63,884 bases of DNA from contig JBEVIJ010000075.1 in the NCBI GenBank assembly GCA_040510745.1, forward strand, positions 1 to 63,884, in the 5' to 3' direction. Below the pieces are notes generated by a model. That model searched no databases, was not told the origin of the DNA, and was given only the letters and a program-made list of their open reading frames with translations. The first letter of the stretch is position 1; each line of letters starts with the position of its first letter. Of the stretch, positions 32,195-41,205 are shown piece after piece. Both the position numbers and the translations under genes were made by a program. This stretch comes from Xanthobacteraceae bacterium (GTDB lineage Bacteria; Pseudomonadota; Alphaproteobacteria; Rhizobiales; Xanthobacteraceae).

Positions 32195-33358
32195 CTACTC
32201 CGCCGGCGTTGCCGCAGCAGCCGGCGGCAGGGGTGTGCCAGCCGCTTCGGCGTTCGCCCGCTGTTGCGAACGCCACTGCTGCCAGGTGCCGACGATACCC
32301 TTCGGCAACAACAGCGTAACCAGAATGAACAAGCCGCCCAGAACGAAGAGCCAGTACGGCGCCAGCATGCCGCTGGTGAACGTGGTCTTTCCGTAGTTCA
32401 CCAGGATCGCGCCGATCACCGCGCCGGTCAGCGTGCCGCGGCCGCCGACCGCGACCCAGATCACCGCTTCGATCGAATTGGCCGGCGAGAACTCGCTTGG
32501 ATTGATTATGCCGACTTGCGGCACGTAGAGCGCACCGGCCACGCCCGCCATGCAGGCTGACAGCGTGAACACGAACAGCTTGTAGGATTCCGCCCGGTAG
32601 CCGAGAAACCGGGTGCGCGGCTCGGCATCGCGCACGGCGACCAGCACCTTGCCGAATTTCGAAGTGACCAGCGCGCGGCAGATCAGGAAGCCGATCGCGA
32701 GCGCGACGCAGGAGACGAAAAACAGCGCCGCGCGCGTGCCCTGCGCCTGCACATTGAAGCCAAGGATGTCCTTGAAATCGGTCAGGCCGTTGTTGCCGCC
32801 GAAGCCGAAATTGTTGCGGAAGAACCCGAGCATCAGGGCATAGGTCAGCGCCTGGGTGATGATCGAGAGATAGACGCCGGTGACACGGCTGCGGAACGCG
32901 AACCAGCCGAATACGAAGGCAAGAGCGCCGGGAACTAGCAGAATCATCAGAAGCGCATACGGAAAGTGCTGGAAGCCGTACCAATAGACCGGCAATTCCG
33001 GCCAGTTGAGGAACACCATGAAGTCCGGCAGTTCAGGGTGGGCATAGACGCCCCGCGTGCCGATCTGGCGCATCAGGTACATCCCCATGGCGTAGCCGCC
33101 GAGCGCGAAGAACGCTCCATGACCGAGGGACAGGATTCCGGCATAGCCCCAGATGAGATCGATCGACAGCGCGAGCAGCGCGTAGCAGAAATACTTGCCG
33201 AACAGCGCGACCAGATAGGTCGGCACATGCAGCGCGGATGATTGCGGGAACGCCAGATTGAGAAATGGCACCAGCACGGCAACCGCCACCAACACGCCGA
33301 GGAAAATCAGCGCGCCGCGGTCGAGCATGCGGATCAGCGGATGGTGGCCGGCCATCAT
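32195..33358 (-). CDS. urtC: urea ABC permease
   Basis: WGYAGILSLGHG, LPDFMVF, GFGGNNGLTDF, VAVGGRGTL. Confidence 0.92.
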   Translation of the reverse strand: MMAGHHPLIRMLDRGALIFLGVLVAVAVLVPFLNLAFPQSSALHVPTYLVALFGKYFCYALLALSIDLIWGYAGILSLGHGAFFALGGYAMGMYLMRQIGTRGVYAHPELPDFMVFLNWPELPVYWYGFQHFPYALLMILLVPGALAFVFGWFAFRSRVTGVYLSIITQALTYALMLGFFRNNFGFGGNNGLTDFKDILGFNVQAQGTRAALFFVSCVALAIGFLICRALVTSKFGKVLVAVRDAEPRTRFLGYRAESYKLFVFTLSACMAGVAGALYVPQVGIINPSEFSPANSIEAVIWVAVGGRGTLTGAVIGAILVNYGKTTFTSGMLAPYWLFVLGGLFILVTLLLPKGIVGTWQQWRSQQRANAEAAGTPLPPAAAATPAE

Positions 33359-34962
33359 GCTTCCACCGCCCTGCCCTTGAGCGCAAACAGCCCGCGCGGC
33401 CGCTTCTGGATGAACAGGATGATGATGACCAGAATCGCGATCTTGGCGAGTACCGCGCCGGCATAAGGCTCGAGGAACTTGTTGGCGATGCCGAGCGTAA
33501 AGGCGCCGACCAGCGTACCCCAAAGATTGCCGACGCCGCCGAACACCACAACCATGAAGCTGTCGATGATGTAGCCCTGGCCGAGATTGGGGCTGACGTT
33601 GTCGATCTGCGACAGAGCCACGCCGGCGATTCCCGCAATGCCGGAGCCGAGACCGAAGGTCAGCGCATCCACGCGCGCGGTACGGATGCCCATCGAGGCC
33701 GCCATGGAACGGTTCTGCGTCACCGCGCGCATCTCCAGACCAAGCCGCGTGAAGCGCAGTAAGCCGAGCAACCCGACGAACACCGCCAGCGTAAAGACAA
33801 CGATCCAGAGCCGGTTGTAGGTGATGGTGAGGTGGCCCACTTCGAACGCGCCGCTCATCCACGACGGATTGCCGACCTCCTTGTTGGTCGGGCCGAACGC
33901 GGTACGCACCGCCTGCTGCAGGACGAGCGACAGGCCCCAGGTGGCGAGCAATGTTTCCAGCGGACGCCCGTAAAGAAAACGGATGATGCCCTGCTCGATC
34001 AGGATCCCGATGATGCCCGCAACCACGAACGCGAGTGGCACGGCGATGAAAAGAGAATAGTCGAACAGGGCCGGATTTTGCTGCCGGATCAGTTCCTGCA
34101 CGACGAAGGTGACGTAGGCGCCAAGCATCACCATTTCGCCGTGCGCCATGTTGATGACGCCCATCACGCCGAACGTGATTGCGAGGCCGATTGCGGCAAG
34201 CAGCAAGACGGAGCCGAGCGAGATGCCGTACCACGCATTCTGCGCAGCCTCCCAGACCACGAGCTGACTGTGAATGCCGGCGATCGCATCGCGAGCGGCA
34301 GCGCTCACCGTATCGGGCACCGTCGATGGCAGACCGGACAGCGCGGCGACCGCGTCCTGCCCGCTGCGTGCCTTGATCGATGTGATCGCGCTCAGCCGAT
34401 CTTGCTCACTCGCATCGTCGGAGTGCAGCACCACGGCAGCGCGGGCTTCGGCGAGCGCGCGCTTGATGCGCTCGTCGGTTTCCTTAGCGAGGGCGGCATC
34501 CAGGATCGGCAACACCGCAACTTCGCGTGATTTGAACACGGCCTGTGCTGCGGTGAGCCGTTTCGCGGGTTCGGGGGCGAGCAGCGTCAGGCCACCGATC
34601 GCCGCGTCGGTGGCACGGCGCAACCGATTGTTGAGCCGGACATTCTCGAGACCGGAAGGCTCGCCCGTGACGGCTTGGCCGGTCGCGGCATCGAACAGTT
34701 TGCCATTCGTGTCTTTGTAATAAACCGCCTTGGGTTCTGCGGTGTAAAGCAGTCGCCCAGCTTGCAGCGCCTCGATGATCGCAGCGGCGCGCGGATCGCC
34801 GGTCGCAACGACTTCCGCGATGCCTTCAGCGGTCTCGCTGAAATCGTCCGTCGTAAAACGCGCCAGCGCTTCCTTGAGATCAGCCGCCTCGGCAGCCGCT
34901 CCGGCCAGCAAAACAATCGCTGCGAACATGAGCGCGACAACGCGCTCCCGCAAAGTGCGCAT
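33355..34962 (-). CDS. urtB: urea ABC permease with N-terminal periplasmic domain
   Basis: GLAITFGVMGVINMAHGE, RPLETLLATWG. Confidence 0.92.
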   Translation of the reverse strand: MRTLRERVVALMFAAIVLLAGAAAEAADLKEALARFTTDDFSETAEGIAEVVATGDPRAAAIIEALQAGRLLYTAEPKAVYYKDTNGKLFDAATGQAVTGEPSGLENVRLNNRLRRATDAAIGGLTLLAPEPAKRLTAAQAVFKSREVAVLPILDAALAKETDERIKRALAEARAAVVLHSDDASEQDRLSAITSIKARSGQDAVAALSGLPSTVPDTVSAAARDAIAGIHSQLVVWEAAQNAWYGISLGSVLLLAAIGLAITFGVMGVINMAHGEMVMLGAYVTFVVQELIRQQNPALFDYSLFIAVPLAFVVAGIIGILIEQGIIRFLYGRPLETLLATWGLSLVLQQAVRTAFGPTNKEVGNPSWMSGAFEVGHLTITYNRLWIVVFTLAVFVGLLGLLRFTRLGLEMRAVTQNRSMAASMGIRTARVDALTFGLGSGIAGIAGVALSQIDNVSPNLGQGYIIDSFMVVVFGGVGNLWGTLVGAFTLGIANKFLEPYAGAVLAKIAILVIIILFIQKRPRGLFALKGRAVEA

Positions 34963-34988
34963 CAAAGTCCACCCCGGCGGCATGTTGA

Positions 34989-35015
34989 AGAGGCGGCGGC
35001 ACGCCCGCCGCCTCT
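34989..35015 (-). other. intercistronic hairpin after urtA
   Basis: AGAGGCGGCGG-cacgc-CCGCCGCCTCT perfect 11-bp stem. Confidence 0.6.
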
Positions 35016-35054
35016 CGTTGTTACGGACTTAACGTCGGGCAAGCGCGCGGACGG

Positions 35055-36341
35055 CTAGGCGCCGCACTTATTGGTCTTGGTGTTGAAGTTGCCGCACTTC
35101 TTGGTGACCCAGTCGCCGATCAGGTCCTTGGAGCCGTCGAGATGCTTGGACCAAGCGTCGCCCGGAACGAGATTCGGCGTCTTCCACACCACATCGAACT
35201 GGCCGTCACCGCGCACTTCGCCGATGAACACCGGCTTGGTGATGTGATGATTCGGCAGCATCTTGGAGGTGCCGCCGGTCAGATTCGGCGCTTCCGTGCC
35301 GGGCAGCGCGGCGATGACCTTGTCCGGATCGGTGGACTTGGCTTTCTCCACGGCCTTGACCCACATCGCGAAGCCTATCACGTGGGCCTCCATCGGGTCG
35401 TTGGTGACGCGCTTGGCGTTCTTGGTGAAGGCCTGCCATTTCTTGATGAACTCGGCATTCCCCGGGTTCTTGATCGACTGGAAGTAATTCCAGGCCGCCA
35501 TGTGGCCGACCAGCGGCTTGGTGTCGATGCCGGCGAGCTCTTCCTCGCCGACCGAGAACGCCACCGACGGGATATCCTTAGCCTTGACGCCCTGGTTGCC
35601 GAGCTCCTTGTAGAACGGAACGTTGGCATCGCCGTTGATGGTGGAGACGATCGCGGTCTTCTTGCCGGCCGAGCCGAACTTCTTGATGTCGGCGACGATG
35701 GTCTGCCAGTCGCTATGACCGAAGGGCGTGTAGTTGATCATGATGTCCGCATCCTTGACGCCCTTCGACTTGAGATAGGCCTCGAGGATCTTATTGGTCG
35801 TGCGCGGATAGACGTAGTCGGTGCCCGCCAGCACCCAGCGCTGCACCTTTTCTTCCTTGGCGAGATAATCGACAGCGGGGATGGCCTGCTGGTTCGGCGC
35901 AGCGCCCGTGTAGAACACGTTGCGCTCGCTCTCCTCGCCTTCGTACTGCACCGGATAGAACAGGATCGAGTTCAGTTCCTTGAACACCGGGAGCACGGAT
36001 TTGCGCGACACCGAGGTCCAGCAGCCGAACACCACGGCGACTTTCTCCTTGGTGATCAATTCGCGGGCTTTTTCGGCAAACAGCGGCCAGTTCGACGCGG
36101 GATCGACGACCACCGCTTCGAGCTTCTTGCCGAGTATTCCGCCTTTTTTGTTCTGCTCGTCGATCAGGAAGAGCATGGTGTCTTTCAGCGTTGTTTCGCT
36201 GATCGCCATGGTGCCGGACAGCGAGTGCAGGATGCCGACCTTGATCATCTCCTGCGCCTGGACAGACGAAATTCCGATTACAATTCCAAGACTTAGGCCG
36301 GTGGCAAGAAGCCAGCGGCGGGTGTGAATGGAGTGCGGCAT
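35055..36341 (-). CDS. urtA: urea ABC substrate-binding protein
   Basis: IKVGILHSLSGTMAISE, GCWTSVSRK, YPVQYEGEE, GTDYVYPRTTN. Confidence 0.95.
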   Translation of the reverse strand: MPHSIHTRRWLLATGLSLGIVIGISSVQAQEMIKVGILHSLSGTMAISETTLKDTMLFLIDEQNKKGGILGKKLEAVVVDPASNWPLFAEKARELITKEKVAVVFGCWTSVSRKSVLPVFKELNSILFYPVQYEGEESERNVFYTGAAPNQQAIPAVDYLAKEEKVQRWVLAGTDYVYPRTTNKILEAYLKSKGVKDADIMINYTPFGHSDWQTIVADIKKFGSAGKKTAIVSTINGDANVPFYKELGNQGVKAKDIPSVAFSVGEEELAGIDTKPLVGHMAAWNYFQSIKNPGNAEFIKKWQAFTKNAKRVTNDPMEAHVIGFAMWVKAVEKAKSTDPDKVIAALPGTEAPNLTGGTSKMLPNHHITKPVFIGEVRGDGQFDVVWKTPNLVPGDAWSKHLDGSKDLIGDWVTKKCGNFNTKTNKCGA

Positions 36342-36408
36342 CGAAGTGTTCCTCTGCGTTTGACGTGCGCAGCCCGGCCCGTTTTGGCCCCCGCGCAGGC
36401 ACTTGATC

Positions 36409-36423
36409 GCAAGCCACATGCCA
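36409..36423 (-). promoter_or_regulatory. sigma54 (-24/-12) promoter of the urt-ure region
   Basis: minus strand TGGCAT-gtggc-TTGC matches TGGCAC-N5-TTGC, about 70 bp upstream of urtA. Confidence 0.8.
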
Positions 36424-36604
36424 ATCCACAGGCTGTTGTTTTCGCTTGGCTTTCCACCTGTGATGAAATCGCAGGCATAGCAGCATGATTAAAAAATGGG
36501 CTGATGCCTCAATTGAATCCAGGCTGCAAAACCCAGATGCCGCCTCACTTTTTCTGACCCGCATCCGCTAGAACAAGCCGAACAGCGCAACTTCGGGGTC
36601 TTTC

Positions 36605-38071
36605 GTGCACGTCCTCCGCCTTGTTCTGCCCTTGCTCGCGTTCTTCCTCTGGTGCGGCGGTGCGCCCGCGCAGACGACCGAGTCGCTGGGGGTGCTGCGG
36701 CTGCTCCCCGCCGACTCCGTCACCGAAAAAACCATCGCGCTCGCCGACAAGCGCACACTCGCCTACACCGCGACCGCGGGCACGCTCGCGCTGCACGACC
36801 AAGCCGGCGAGAAGATCGGCGCGGTGTTCTACACCGCCTATGTCGCGAAGAGCGCCGACCGCGCCACGCGCCCGGTCACCTTCGCGTTCAACGGCGGACC
36901 GGGCGCCGCGTCCGCGTATCTGCATCTCGGTCTCGCAGGCCCGCGCATCGTCGAGTTCGGCCCGCAAGGCAACAACGGCGCGGCCGCGAAGCTCATCGAC
37001 AACCCGGACACCTGGCTCGCCTTCACCGACCTCGTCTTCATCGACCCGCTCGCCACCGGCTGGAGCCGCACCATCAAGCCGGAGGCGGCCAACGCCTTCT
37101 TCAACGTGCGCCGCGACGCCGAGATGATCGCCAAGGTGATCGCGCTCTATGCCGCCAACAACAGCCGCACGGCGTCGCCGAAATACCTGCTCGGCGAAAG
37201 CTACGGCGGCTTTCGCGCCGCCAAGGTGGCGCGTGCCATGCAGATCGAGCAGGGCCTGCCCGCGGCCGGCATCGTGATGGTGTCGCCGATGCTCGACACC
37301 GCGCTGCAATGGGCCGGCGCCTCGAACGCGCTCGGCGCCGCGCTGCACTTTCCTTCGCTCGCCGCGGCCGAGCTCGACCGCACCAAGACCTACAGCGACG
37401 CCGCGATGGCCGAGATCGAGCGCTTCGCGATCAACGACTATCTCACCACGCTGGCCGGCCCGCCGCCCGCGGGCGAGCGCGCCGCGCAGTTCTACGGCAC
37501 ACTCGCAAAGATGACCGGGCTGCCGGTCGAGGCGGTCGAGAAATCACGCGGCTACGTGCGCGCGCCCTACCTGGCGCAGCTCCGCGCCAGCGGCCAGGTG
37601 GCGAGCAGCTATGACGGCGCCTTCCTAATGCCGGACCCATACCCCGACAGCGACACGCGGCGCGGCGGCGACCCGGTGCTCGACGGCTTCACGCGCGCGC
37701 TGTCCGGCGCATTCGCGGGCTACGCGCGCGACGAGCTCGGCTTCAAGACCGAGATCACCTATGTGCTGCTCGCCGACACCGCCGGCAAGTGGGAGTGGGG
37801 CGACCGCCGCAACCCGCCCGGCGTCTCCGACGACATCCGCGCGCTGCTGGCGTTCGACCCGTCGTTCCGCCTGCTGGTGGCACACGGCCGCAGCGACCTC
37901 GTCACGCCGCACGGCGTGACGCGCTACGTGCTCGACAACATCCCGCCGATCGGCGGCGCCGGCCGCGTGCAGTTCAAGCTGCACCGCGGCGGGCACATGT
38001 TCTATTTCGACGCGGCGGCGCGAAAAGCGTTTACGCGGGAGACGGCGGAGTTTTTTGGGCGGGGCATGTAG
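36605..38071 (+). CDS. serine carboxypeptidase S10 family
   Basis: FAFNGGPGAAS, DLVFIDP, GESYGG, GGHMFY; signal peptide. Confidence 0.9.
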   Translation: MHVLRLVLPLLAFFLWCGGAPAQTTESLGVLRLLPADSVTEKTIALADKRTLAYTATAGTLALHDQAGEKIGAVFYTAYVAKSADRATRPVTFAFNGGPGAASAYLHLGLAGPRIVEFGPQGNNGAAAKLIDNPDTWLAFTDLVFIDPLATGWSRTIKPEAANAFFNVRRDAEMIAKVIALYAANNSRTASPKYLLGESYGGFRAAKVARAMQIEQGLPAAGIVMVSPMLDTALQWAGASNALGAALHFPSLAAAELDRTKTYSDAAMAEIERFAINDYLTTLAGPPPAGERAAQFYGTLAKMTGLPVEAVEKSRGYVRAPYLAQLRASGQVASSYDGAFLMPDPYPDSDTRRGGDPVLDGFTRALSGAFAGYARDELGFKTEITYVLLADTAGKWEWGDRRNPPGVSDDIRALLAFDPSFRLLVAHGRSDLVTPHGVTRYVLDNIPPIGGAGRVQFKLHRGGHMFYFDAAARKAFTRETAEFFGRGM

Positions 38072-38132
38072 GTTTGCGGCTTCAGGGCGGAGTCGCAATA
38101 TCCGTTTTTATGGCAGCAGGCCGCTCTTCATT

Positions 38133-38387
38133 TCACTGAGACAACAGCGCGTCGACGATCTTTTTGGCCTGGTCGACGCAGACGTCCTTGCTGCATTGCT
38201 CAAGGATCGCCGGGCTGTCTGGCAAAGCCGTCAACGACGCATAGATCGCCACTCTCCAGCCCTTCCCCAAGGGGCAAGTCAAAAAGCGATTCCCTCGGTA
38301 TTCGCTGTCTCCCGGCGCCGTCGCGCGGCTGATAATCTGCATCACGCGATCATCTTTTCGGCGCGGAGAACGCTGGTGACGCATCAT
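38133..38387 (-). CDS. small hypothetical protein
   Basis: ORF with GGGGAAGG RBS, globular-looking YRGNRF..GWRVAIY..AKKIVD; alternative start 38342. Confidence 0.5.
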   Translation of the reverse strand: MMRHQRSPRRKDDRVMQIISRATAPGDSEYRGNRFLTCPLGKGWRVAIYASLTALPDSPAILEQCSKDVCVDQAKKIVDALLSQ

Positions 38388-38442
38388 GGGCCTTCCCCGA
38401 TATGGGCCTTCCCCGATTTTTTCTTATCGTTAGTGGAGGCGG

Positions 38443-38943
38443 TCAGGCGACCATTCGCTCCGCCTCCTGATCGGTGGGGATGCGCCCTTGCGGTGTGAGC
38501 TTGTCGATGGCTTGCGGAAGCTCCTGGCTCAACCCTGCAAGCAACGCCTCGCGGGACATTCCGGTCTGCTGCATCAGCCACGCAATGCGTTCCTCACCGA
38601 GCACACGCTCCAACTCGCTGGGCTCAATGGGCTTGTTCGGCGCGGTCGAGACCCAGGAGTCCGCCTTGTCCCCTGCGCCGTTGGTTTGGAATTGCTTGAG
38701 TAGATCGCCGAGGCCGCCGCTGAGTATCCCACCCGCGGCGCCGCCGCCGAGCAAGCCTCCGAGACCGCCCTGCAGAAGACCGCCCAGCCCGCCTTGCTCA
38801 CCCGGCTTGCCGCCGAACATATCGGACAGGTTCTTGCCCTTCAGCGTTTTGTAGGCAAGCAGCCCAAGCAAGGCCATCGTGATCGGGGACATGCCGCCGC
38901 CGCGCCGCATACCGCCGCCGAGAATTCCGTCAAGCAGACCCAT
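38443..38943 (-). CDS. YidB/DUF937 family protein
   Basis: MGLLDGILG, Gly-rich linker, DSWVSTAPNKPI, LPQAIDKLTPQG; GAGGAG RBS. Confidence 0.88.
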   Translation of the reverse strand: MGLLDGILGGGMRRGGGMSPITMALLGLLAYKTLKGKNLSDMFGGKPGEQGGLGGLLQGGLGGLLGGGAAGGILSGGLGDLLKQFQTNGAGDKADSWVSTAPNKPIEPSELERVLGEERIAWLMQQTGMSREALLAGLSQELPQAIDKLTPQGRIPTDQEAERMVA

Positions 38944-38957
38944 TGCACTCTCCTCTT

Positions 38958-39100
38958 GAGTCTGATTCAGCCACTCTGAATCAGACTCGTGGTTTGTTGT
39001 TAAAGCGTGGTCGTTTCCGATCTGCCTTCGCCAAATAACGACCCTTGCCAGGGCTGGCGCAGGCGGGAAACCGGTTCCCACTTTTCGGCATCATGATCTA
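38958..39100. repeat. extended RIME/Bru-RS-like element with terminal perfect hairpin
   Basis: minus strand ATCATGATGCCGAAAAGTGGGAACCGGTTT.. like 26563-26612; GAGTCTGATTCAG-ccact-CTGAATCAGACTC 13-bp perfect IR at 38958-38988. Confidence 0.65.
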
Positions 39101-39466
39101 GTCGGCGAGTTCCGCGGGCACCTTGCCGCCATTGGCCGCGAGCTTCTGCATCACTTGCTTGTGCAGCCAAATGTTCATTTCCGCCGAGCCGTTAAGCTCG
39201 CCCTTGTAGCCGAGCTCCTTCGCCAGCTCCTTGCGCGCGGTCAGGCTGCTATCGAGATCGAGGAGCTTCATCAGGTCCACGATCGACTTCCGCCAGTCCA
39301 GCTTTTCCTGTTTTTGCTTGGCCTTCTCCGTCAGCACGGCCTCGACGTCCACGCTCTGGCCAGCGGACGGAACCGTGCTCGGGGAAGCCGTAGAGGTGCC
39401 AGGCGCGGTCTGGGCTTCAGCCTTCCGGCCGAAGATTGCTGACATGATGTTTCCGAAGATACTCAT
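39098..39466 (-). CDS. DUF3597 family protein
   Basis: MSIFGNIMSAIF, LDWRKSIVDLMKLLDLDSS, SAEMNIWLHKQV. Confidence 0.88.
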   Translation of the reverse strand: MSIFGNIMSAIFGRKAEAQTAPGTSTASPSTVPSAGQSVDVEAVLTEKAKQKQEKLDWRKSIVDLMKLLDLDSSLTARKELAKELGYKGELNGSAEMNIWLHKQVMQKLAANGGKVPAELAD

Positions 39467-39512
39467 TGGTGGTTCTCCTTGGGACCCCTGGGGAAATGGG
39501 ACCCCTTGGGGA

Positions 39513-39537
39513 AATGCCGCCCGCGACGAAAGGTTCA
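39513..39537 (-). promoter_or_regulatory. degenerate EcfG-type promoter
   Basis: TGAAC-N16-CATT upstream of DUF3597. Confidence 0.4.
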
Positions 39538-39628
39538 ACAGGTCCAACGACTTTCCGAGTCATGCCCTATCGCCGGCAGGCCGGATCTGGCGTTCGGAAA
39601 AGCTCAAGCTTGCTCGCGGTTTGACGCT

Positions 39629-39838
39629 TTACGGGCCTGATCTCGTGGCCTTTGCAATCGCTCCCCCGATGCGTTCCTGGACCTTTCCGTCGAAGAACGG
39701 GTCGTCCAGATCGCGGGGTTTGGCCGCCTCCGGGTCATGGACGACCACTTCGGGGAGCGCTGGCGGCGCTTGTTCCCGGCCCAGAATGTGAGCCCAAAAT
39801 TTTTGAAACGGTCCCATCGTCAGGTCCTGGTCATGCAT
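39629..39838 (-). CDS. small hypothetical protein
   Basis: ORF with VVVHDPEAAKPRDLDDPFFDGKVQERIG; GAGG RBS. Confidence 0.55.
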   Translation of the reverse strand: MHDQDLTMGPFQKFWAHILGREQAPPALPEVVVHDPEAAKPRDLDDPFFDGKVQERIGGAIAKATRSGP

Positions 39839-39902
39839 CGGTGATGCCTCACCTAACGCTTCAAGTGCGCCCAAGACCCTTTCGTTCCGTGACGGTGCCG
39901 CC

Positions 39903-40070
39903 TCACCCGATCTCGGTGAACATCACCACGGCGCAGTGACGACACTCGAACACGCGCAGCTCCGCCGCGGCGTTGGGCGTGACGACGCGCAGCAGCGTCA
40001 TCGGCGCAAAGCAGGTCGGGCACGAGGGCGCGCGCCGGCCTTCAGACGTCGTCGTGGCTGGAGCGAACAT
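39903..40070 (-). CDS. 55-aa zinc-ribbon microprotein (not in ORF track)
   Basis: MFAPATTTSEGRRAPSCPTCFAPMTLLRVVTPNAAAELRVFECRHCAVVMFTEIG; GGAGAG RBS. Confidence 0.7.
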   Translation of the reverse strand: MFAPATTTSEGRRAPSCPTCFAPMTLLRVVTPNAAAELRVFECRHCAVVMFTEIG

Positions 40071-40187
40071 GCGTCTCTCCATCGTTGTCGCTGATCGCGC
40101 GCAGGCGGCGCAACGCCTGCGCCGCTCGGCGTTTGCTTGTGTTTGTGCTTTTTGACTTGAGCTTTTACTTGGGCACTTGTTAGGCGC

Positions 40188-40562
40188 TTATTTGGGCTCT
40201 TGCTTGGCTTGCGCCGCCGGGAGGCTGGCCGCCGGCGTACTCATGTCACGGTTGAAATCGTCGACGGCGCGGTTGAGCCGCTCCTTCGCCTGCGCGTAAC
40301 CCTCCTGCCCCTTGGCAGCCGGCGCGCCCGCTGCGGCGCGCTCCCATACCACGCGGCTGGCGTCCAAATCTTCGGCCAGCCGGACCAGCTCGACGTAGCC
40401 CTTGCGGCAGTCGGCCGAGCGCGCGGCCGACAGGCAGCCGGTCATCAGGCCACGGTAGACGCCCGCGATGTTCTGCCCCGGCTGCGCGGCGGCCGGCGAA
40501 GGCACGAGAGTCAGCGCCAGCAAAGCGGCGATGCCGGGGAGCGCGCGAGGGCTTTTCATGGC
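40188..40562 (-). CDS. small secreted hypothetical protein
   Basis: signal peptide MKSPRALPGIAALLALTLVPSPAAA, two Cys, helical body. Confidence 0.6.
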   Translation of the reverse strand, partial: AMKSPRALPGIAALLALTLVPSPAAAQPGQNIAGVYRGLMTGCLSAARSADCRKGYVELVRLAEDLDASRVVWERAAAGAPAAKGQEGYAQAKERLNRAVDDFNRDMSTPAASLPAAQAKQEPK

Positions 40563-40616
40563 GATCCGCCTTTCGGTTTGCGTGGTCATGCTTGTTGCGC
40601 GGTCATGCTGGCCTCG

Positions 40617-40793
40617 TCATGCGCGGCGCTGCGTCAGCAGCGTCTCGACGAAGCGGCACTTCGCGCATTCGTAGGTCCGCTCGTCGGTGCCGAGCGTATG
40701 CGGACGGATTCGCGCCACCATCATCTGCGCGCCGCACTGCGGACAGGGCGGCCGCTCGATCAGGACGGGTTGAACAGACGTGTGTTGCGACAC
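40617..40793 (-). CDS. 58-aa zinc-ribbon microprotein
   Basis: ERPPCPQCGAQMMVARI..ERTYECAKC; GTG start after AGGAGG. Confidence 0.75.
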   Translation of the reverse strand: MSQHTSVQPVLIERPPCPQCGAQMMVARIRPHTLGTDERTYECAKCRFVETLLTQRRA

Positions 40794-40937
40794 GGGCGCC
40801 TCCTGCTTTGCAGGCGGGAGCACAAGTGTCTCTCAGTCACCGGCGCCCAGATTATGACCAGAACGCGTTCGGCCGGTGATCCCCCACCATCCGCCTTTTC
40901 GCGGCGGAAGTCGAGGATCGTGCGGCAATCGGGCGCG

Positions 40938-41174
40938 TCAGGCCGCGAAGCCGAGGCTCAGGCGCGCCGCCTCCGGCATGTCGGTGACGCGAATGGTGCG
41001 GCCCATGAAGGTGATCCACGGCTTTTCGGCCACCGGCTGGAGCTGCGCGAAGTTCCAGAATTGCTTCTCGCTCATGTCGATTTCGGTAACGGCGTTGTCG
41101 AGCACCCAGTTGCGCAGCAACGACAGGCGGGCCTGATCGTCGAGAAACATCTTGTCTGGCAGGGCTTTTCTCAT
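40938..41174 (-). CDS. hypothetical protein (78 aa)
   Basis: GAGGAGG RBS; directly downstream of the desaturase. Confidence 0.65.
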   Translation of the reverse strand: MRKALPDKMFLDDQARLSLLRNWVLDNAVTEIDMSEKQFWNFAQLQPVAEKPWITFMGRTIRVTDMPEAARLSLGFAA

Positions 41175-41205
41175 CGGCCGCCTCCTCAAGGATGAAGCAA
41201 GAGCG

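Noticed and set aside
32195-34234. 679-aa UrtC as given by the ORF track
   Set aside because: N-terminal 290 aa are an off-frame overlap with urtB; real start at about 33358
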